The notes below the pieces were generated by a model. The model searched no databases. It saw only the letters and a program-made list of their open reading frames with translations, and had not been told where the DNA came from. A program made the translations under genes and the position numbers. Below, piece after piece: positions 56,871-64,000 of a stretch of DNA of 64,000 nucleotides. The DNA comes from the human T2T-CHM13v2.0 reference genome, Homo sapiens, in assembly GCF_009914755.1 (NCBI RefSeq), contig NC_060933.1; one strand, 5' to 3'. Within the stretch, counting starts at the first letter, position 1. Each line of letters begins with the position of its first letter.

Positions 56871-59119
56871 TCCATTCCATTCCATTCCATTCCATTCCAT
56901 TCCATTCCGGATGATTCCATTCCATTGCATTCCATTCCATTCCATTCCCCTGTACTCGGGTTGATTCCATTCCATTCCATTCCAATCCATGCCATTCCAC
57001 TCGTGTTGATTCCATTCTTTCCATTCCATTCAAGTTGAATCCATTCCATTGCATTCCATTCCATTCGATTCCATTCGATTGCACTCGGGTTGATTCCATT
57101 CCATTGCATTCCATTCCATTCCATTCCATTCCATTCCATTCCGTTCCATTCCATTCCATTACATTCGGATTGATTCTTTTCAACTCCCTTACTCTCCATT
57201 ACATTCCATTCCATTCGGGTTGTTCCATTCCATTCCATTCCATTCCACTCCATTCCATTACACTCGGGTTGATTCCATTCCATTCCATTCCATTCCATTC
57301 GATTCCATTCCATTCCCCTGCACTCGCGTTGATTCCATTCCATTCCATTCCATTCCATTCCATTCCATTCCTTTCCGTTCCATTCCATTCCATTCCATTC
57401 CATTCCGTTCGGTTCCATTCCATTCCATTCCATTCTATTCGGGTTAATTCCATTCCATTCCATTCGATTGCAATCGAGTTGATTCCATTCCATTCCATTC
57501 CATTCCATTCCATTCCATTCCATTCCATTCCTTTCCATTCCATTACGGATGATTCCATTCCATTGCATTCCATTCCATTACGTTCCCCTGTACTCGGGTT
57601 GATTCCATTCCATTCCATTCCAATCCATGCCATTCCACTCGTGTTGATTCCATTCTTTCCATTCCATTCAGGTTGAATCCATTCCATTGCATTCCATTCC
57701 ATTCGATTCCATTCGATTGCACTCGGGTTGATTCCATTCCATTGCATTCCATTCCATTCCATTCCATTCCATTCCATTCCATTCCATTCCGTTCCATTCC
57801 ATTTCATTACATTCAGATTGATTCTATTCAATTCCCTTACACTCCATTATATTCCAATCCATTCTGGTTGTTTCCATTCCATTCCATTCCATTTCACTCC
57901 ATTCCATTGCACTCGGGTTAATTCCATTGCATTCCATTCCATTCCATTCCGGATGATTCCATTCCATTGCATTCCATTCCATTCCTTTCCCCTGCAATCG
58001 GGTTGTTTCCATTCCATTACATTACATTACATTCCGTTCCATTCCATTCCATTCCATTCGGATTGATTCTATTCAATTCCCTTACACTCCATTACATTCC
58101 ATTCCATTCGGGTAGTTTCCATTCCTTTCCATTCCATTCCTCTCTATTCCATTGTACTCGGGTTGATTCCATTCCATTCCATTCCATTCCATTCCATTCC
58201 ATTGTATTCGGGTTGATTCCATTCCATTGCATTCCATTACATTCCATTCCATTCCATTCCGTTCCCTTCCATTCCATTCCATTCGGATTGATTCTATTCA
58301 ACTCCCTTACTCTCCATTACATTCCATTCCATTCGGGTTGTTCCATACCATTCCATTCCATTCCACTCCATTCCATTGCACTCGTGTTGATTCCATTCCA
58401 TTCCATTCCATTCCATTCCATTCCGGATGATTCCATTCCATTGCATTCCGTTCCATTACATTCCCCTGCACTCGGGTTGATTCCATTCCATTCCATTCCA
58501 TTCCATTCCATTCGATTCCATTCCATTCCAATTCTTTCCATTCCATTCTATTCCGTACCATTCCTTTCCATTCGATACAATTCCATTCCATTCCATTCCA
58601 GTCCGTTCCGTTCGGTTCCGTTCCGTTCCGTTCCATTCCATTCCATTCCATTCTATTCGGGTTAATTCCATTTCATTTCATTCCATTCCATTCCATTCTA
58701 TTCCATTCCATTGCAATCGAGTTGAATCCATTGCATTCCATTCCATTCCATTCCATTCCATTCCATTCCATTCCGGAAGATTCCATTCCATTGCAATCTA
58801 TTCCATTCCATTCCCCTGCACTCGCGTTGATTCCATTCCATTGCATTCCATTCCATTCCATTCCATTCCGTTCCGTTCCGTTCCATTGCATTCCATTCCA
58901 TTCCGTTCCGTTCCGTTCCGTTCCATTCCATTCCATTCTATTCGGGTTAATTCCATTCCATTCCATTCGATTGCAATCGAGTTGATTCCATTCCATTCCA
59001 TTCCATTCCATTCCATTCCTTTCCATTCCATTACGGATGATTCCATTCCATTGCATTGCATTCCATTCCATTACCCTGTACTCGGGTTGATTCCATTCCA
59101 TTCCATTCCATTCCATTCT

Positions 59120-59131
59120 ATTCCATGGAAT
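59120..59131. other. Strand-inversion breakpoint within the satellite array; 12-bp palindrome ATTCCATGGAAT
   Basis: The sequence ...ttccattctATTCCATGGAATgtaatggagagtaaggg... switches from CATTC to GGAAT with no inserted bases. The central AT (59125-59126) fits either arm. ORFs 58673..59335 and 58841..59158 change from HSIPF-type to MEWNG-type peptide at this point. Confidence 0.97.
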
Positions 59132-62100
59132 GTAATGGAGAGTAAGGGAGTTGAATAGAATCAATCCGAATGTACTGGAATGGAATGCAACGGAATGGAA
59201 TGGAATGGAATGGAATGGAATGGAATGGAATGGAATGCAATGGAATTGAATCAACCCGAGTACAATGGAATGCAATGGAATGGAATGGAATGGAATGGAA
59301 TGGAATGGAATGGAATGGAATGATACGGAATACAATGGAATGGAACGAAATGGAATGGAATGGAATGGAATAGAACGGAATGGAACGAACTGGAATGGAA
59401 TGGAATGGAATGGAATGGAATGGAATCGTTCCGAGTGGAATAGGAGGGAATGTATTCGAGTGGAATGGAAAGGAATGGAATCAACCAGAGTGGAATGGAA
59501 GGGAATGGAATGGAATGGAAACTAATATAATGGAATCAACCCGAGAGGAATGGAATGGAAAGGACTGGAATGGAATGGAATGGAATGGAATCAACTCGAT
59601 TGTAATGGAATGGATTGGAATGCAATGGAATGGAATGGAATGGAATGGAATTAACCTGAATACAATGCAATGGAATGGAATGGAATGGAATGGAATGGAG
59701 TGGAATGGAATGGAATCAACCCGAGTGCAGGGGAATGGAATGGAATGGAATGCAATGGAATGGAATCATCCGGAATGGAATGGAATGGAATGGAATGTAA
59801 AGCAATGGAATCAACTCGATTGCAATGGAATGGAATGGAATGGAAAGGAATACATTGGGATCAACCCGAGTGGAATGGAATGGAAAGGACTGGAATGGAG
59901 TGGAATGGAATGGAATGGAATGGAATGGAATCAACTCGATTGGAATGGAATGGAATGGAATGGAATGGAATTAACAAGAATAGAATGGAATGGAATGGAA
60001 TGGAACGGAATGGAATGGAATGGAATGGAATGGAATGGAATGGAATGGAAACAACCCGACTGCAGGGGAATGGAATGGAATGGAATGCAATGGAATGGAT
60101 TCAACTTGCATGGAATGGAAAGAATGGAATCAACACGAGTGGAATGGCAGGAATTGGAATGGAATGGAATGGAATCAACCCGAGTACAGGGGAATGGAAT
60201 GGAATGGAATGCAATGGAATGGAATCATCCGTAATGGAATGGAAAGGAATGGAATGGAATGGAATGGAATGGAATGGAATGGAATGGAATCAACTCCATT
60301 GCAATCGAATGGAATGGAATGGAATTAACCCGAATAGAGTGGAATGGAATGGAATGGAACGGAACGGAACGGAATGGAATGGATTGGAATGGAATGGAAT
60401 GGAATGGAATGGAACGGAACGGAACGGAATGGAATGGAATGGAATGGAATGGAATGGAATCAACGCGAGTGCAGGCGAATGGAATGGAATGGAATGCAAT
60501 GGAATGGAATCTTCCGGAATGGAGTGGAATGGAATGGAATGCAATGGAATGGAAAAACCCGAATGGAATGGAATGGAATGGAGAGTAAGGGAATTGAATA
60601 GAATCAATCCGAATGTAATGGAATGGAATGGAACGGAACGGAATTGAATGGAATGGAATGGAATGCAATGGAATGGAATCAACCCGAGTTCAATGGAATG
60701 GAGAGGAATGGAATGGAATGGAATGGAAACTACCCGAATGGAATGGAATGTAATGGAGTGTAAGGGAATCGAATAGAATCAATCCGAATGTAATGGAATG
60801 GAATGGAACGGAATGGAATGAAATGGAAAGGAATGGAATGGAATGGAATGGAATGGAATGCAAAGGAGTGGAATCAACCCGAGTGCAATCGAATGGAATC
60901 GAATGGAATGGAATGCAATGGAATGGATTCAACTTGAAGGGAATGGAAAGAATGGAATCAACACGAGTGGAATGGCATGGATAGGAATGGAATGGAATGG
61001 AATGGAATCAACCCGAGTACAGGGGAATGGAACGGAATGGAATGCAATGGAATGGAATCATCCGTAATGGAATGGAAAGGAAAGGCATGGAATGGAATGG
61101 AATGGAATAGAATGGAATGGAATGGAATGGAATCAACTCGATTGCAATCGAATGGAATGGAATGGAATTAACCCGAATAGAATGGAGTAGAATGGAATGG
61201 AAAGGAACGGAACGGAATGGAATGGAATCGAATGGAATGGAATGCAATGGAATGGAACGGAAAGGAATGGAATGGAATGGAATGGAATGGAATGGAATGG
61301 AATGGAATCAACGCGAGTGCAGGGGAATGGAATGGAATGGAATGCAATGGAATGGAATCCTCCGGAATGGAATGGAATGGAATGGAATGGAATGGAATGC
61401 AAAGCAATGGAATCAACTCGATTGCAATGGAATGGAATGGAATGCAAAGGAATACATTGGAATCAACCCGAGTGGAATGGAATGGAAAGGACTGGAATTG
61501 AGTGGAATGGAATGGAATGGAATGGAATGGAATCAACTCGATTGGAATGGAATGGAATGGAATGGAATGGAATGGAATGGAATTAACCCGAATAGAATGG
61601 AATGGAATGGAATGGAACGGAACGGGACGGAATGGAATGGAATGGAAACAACCCGACTGCAGGGGAATGGAATGGAATGGAATGCAATGGAATGGATTCA
61701 ACTTGAATGGAATGGAAAGAATGGAATCAACACGAGTGGAATGGCATGGACTGGAATGGAATTGAATGGAATCAACGCGAGTACAAGGGAATGGAATGGA
61801 ATGGAATGCAATGGAATGGAATCATCCGTAATGGAATGGAAAGGAATGGAATGGAATGGAATGGAATGGAATGGAATGGAATGGAATGGAATCAACTCGA
61901 ATGCAATCAAATGGAATGGAATGGAATTAACCCGAATAGAATGGAATGGAATGGAATGGAACGGAACGGAACGGAATGGAATGGATTGGAATGGAATGGA
62001 ATGGAATGGAATGGAATGGAACGGAAAGGAATGGAATGGAATGGAATGGAATGGAATGGAATCAACGCGAGTGCAGGGGAATGGAATGGAATGGAATGCA

Positions 62101-64000
62101 ATGGAATGGAATCTTCCGGAATGGAATGGAATGGAATGGAATGGAATGGAATAAACCCGAGTGCAATGGAATGGAGTGGAATGGAATTGAATGGAATGGA
62201 ACAACCCGAATGGAATGGAATGTAATGGAGACTAAGGGAGTTGAATAGAATCAATCCGAATGTAATGGAATGGAATGGAACGGAATGGAATTGAATGGAT
62301 TGGAATGGAATGCAATGGAATGGAATCAACCCGAGTTCAATGGAATGGAGAGGAATGGAATGGAATGGAATGGAAACTACCCGAATAGAATGGAATGTAA
62401 TGGAGTGTAAGGGAATTGAATAGAATCAATCCGAATGTAATGGAATGGAATGGAACGGAATGGAATGGAATGGAATGGAATGGAATGGAATGGAATGGAA
62501 TGCAATGGAATGGAATCAACCCGAGTGCAATCGAGTGGAATCGAATGGAATGGAATGCAATGGAATGGATTCAACTTGAATGGAATGGAAAGAATGGAAT
62601 CAACACGAGTGGAATGGCATGGATTGGAATGGAATGGAATGGAATCAACCCGAGTACAGGGGAATGGAATGGAATGGAATGCAATGGAATGGAATCATCC
62701 GTAATGGAATGGAAAGGAATGGAATGGAATGGAATGGAATGGAATGGAATGGAATGGAATGGAATGGAATCAACTCGATTGCAATCGAATGGAATGGAAT
62801 GGAATTAACCCGAATAGAATGGAATGGAATGGAATGGAACGGAACGGAACGGAACGGAACGGAACGGAACGGAGTGGAATGGAATGGAATGGAATTGTAT
62901 GGAATGGAATGGCATGGTACGGAATAGAATGGAATGTAAAGAATTGGAATGGAATGGAATCGAATGGAATGGAATGGAATGGAATGGAATCAACCCGAGT
63001 GCAGGGGAATGTAATGGAACGGAATGCAATGGAATGGAATCATCCGGAATGGAATGGAATGGAATGGAATGGAATGGAATGGAATGGAATCAACCCGAGT
63101 GCAATGGAATGGAGTGGAATGGAATGGAATGGAATGGAACAACCCGAATGGAATGGAATGTAATGGAGAGTAACGGAGTTGAATAGAATCAATCCGAATG
63201 TAATGGAATGGAATGGAATGGAATGGAATGGAATGGAATGGAATGGAATGCAATGGAATGGAATCAACCCGAGTACAATGGAACGGAGTGGAATGGAATG
63301 TAATGTAATGGAATGGAATGGAATGGAATGCAATGGAATCAACCCGACTGCAATGGAATGGAGAGGAATGGAATGGAATGGAATGGAAACTACCCGAATG
63401 GAATGGAATGTAATGGAGTGTAAGGGAATTGAATAGAATCAATCCGAATGGAATGGAATGGAATGGAATGGAATGTAATGTAATGGAATGGAATTGAATC
63501 AACCCGAGTGCAGGGGAATGGAATGGAATGGAATGCAATGGAATGGAATCATCAGGAATGGAATGGAATGGAATGCAATGGAATGGAATGGAATGGAATC
63601 AACCCGAGTGCAATGGAATGGAGTGAAATGGAATGGAATGGAATGGAAACAACCAGAATGGATTGGAATATAATGGAGTGTAAGGGAATTGAATAGAATC
63701 AATCTGAATGTAATGAAATGGAATGGAACGGAATGGAATGGAATGGAATGGAATGGAATGGAATGGAATGGAATGGAATCAACCCGAGTGCAATCGAATG
63801 GAATCGAATGGAATGGAATGCAATGGAGTGGATTCAACTTGAATGGAAAGGAAAGAATGGAATCAACACGAGTGGAATGGCATGGATTGGAATGGAATGG
63901 AATGGAATCAACCCGAGTACAGGGGAATGGAATGGAATGGAATGCAATGGAATGGAATCATCAGTAATGGAATGGAAAGCAATGGAAAGGACTGGAATGG
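59126..64000 (-). repeat. Satellite III (HSat3) array, inverted orientation ((GAATG)n on +)
   Basis: The + strand reads GGAAT repeats with CAACCCGAGT decamers (e.g. 59252, 59717), and the left-arm modules recur here in reverse complement. Confidence 0.98.

Larger units (their letters stand above)
1..59125 (+). repeat. Satellite III (HSat3) array, C-rich (CATTC)n strand on +
   Basis: Continuous CATTC pentamers interrupted every few tens of bp by ACTCGGGTTG-like decamers (e.g. 263, 902, 1311). This is the classical satellite III signature of (GGAAT)n plus CAACCCGA(G/A)T. The CATTCGATTC/GATGATT dominance typical of HSat2 is absent. Confidence 0.98.

Noticed and set aside
59120-59131. New heat-shock element or unique NcoI site created at the junction
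   Set aside because: TTC and GAA are 4 bp apart rather than 2, so this is not an HSE. CCATGG also occurs near 46517, 49882, 50032 and 53214.
58673-59335. ORFs that switch from HSIPF to MEWNG peptide, resembling two-domain proteins
   Set aside because: They simply read through the inversion junction.
59041-59340. Fold-back sequencing chimera as the cause of the inversion
   Set aside because: A fold-back would give mirror-image arms. Perfect symmetry ends after 12 bp and the flanking modules differ. A misjoin of two contigs cannot be excluded without reads.
120-63967. Hundreds of overlapping ORFs up to 412 aa (poly-MEWNG / poly-HSIPF)
   Set aside because: A pure CATTC/GAATG repeat has no stop codon in any frame and gives a 5-aa period. 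The ORFs overlap in all six frames with no domain or gene structure. The WNGME peptide matches that reported for translation of expanded TGGAA repeats in SCA31, but nothing here shows translation.
1-64000. CRISPR-like repeat/spacer pattern or a prokaryotic system
   Set aside because: The spacers are pentamer runs rather than unique sequences, and there are no cas or other genes. The sequence is primate-type pericentromeric satellite.
1-64000. Assignment to HSat2, alpha satellite, telomeric repeat or a definite chromosome
   Set aside because: There is no HSat2 CATTCGATTC dominance, 171-bp monomer or TTAGGG array. An HSat3B/9q12 origin is plausible but needs subfamily k-mer classification or alignment, which I cannot run.

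Overview
The whole 64 kb window is classical human-type satellite III (HSat3): diverged (CATTC)n/(GAATG)n pentamers punctuated by variants of the decamer ACTCGGGTTG (CAACCCGAGT on the G-rich strand). I see no unique sequence, gene, RNA gene, transposon or CRISPR array, and all listed ORFs are by-products of the pentamer (MEWNG/HSIPF period). The main structural event is a clean strand inversion at 59125/59126, centred on a 12-bp palindrome (ATTCCATGGAAT). The array has no single fixed higher-order repeat. It is a shuffled mosaic of recurring modules with nested recent duplications (about 4.9/8.0 kb, 2.5-2.6 kb, 1.3/2.76 kb and 0.58 kb, dispersed paralogues about 9 kb apart, and 45-100 bp micro-duplications). 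One recurring module contains a perfect three-unit heat-shock element (aTTCcgGAAgaTTCc). The decamer type and the inversion fit an HSat3B-type array such as 9q12, but the chromosome and the species (human or great ape) cannot be fixed from the sequence alone. I found no support for a new protein-coding system. All coordinates and counts were traced by eye, so duplication boundaries are approximate.
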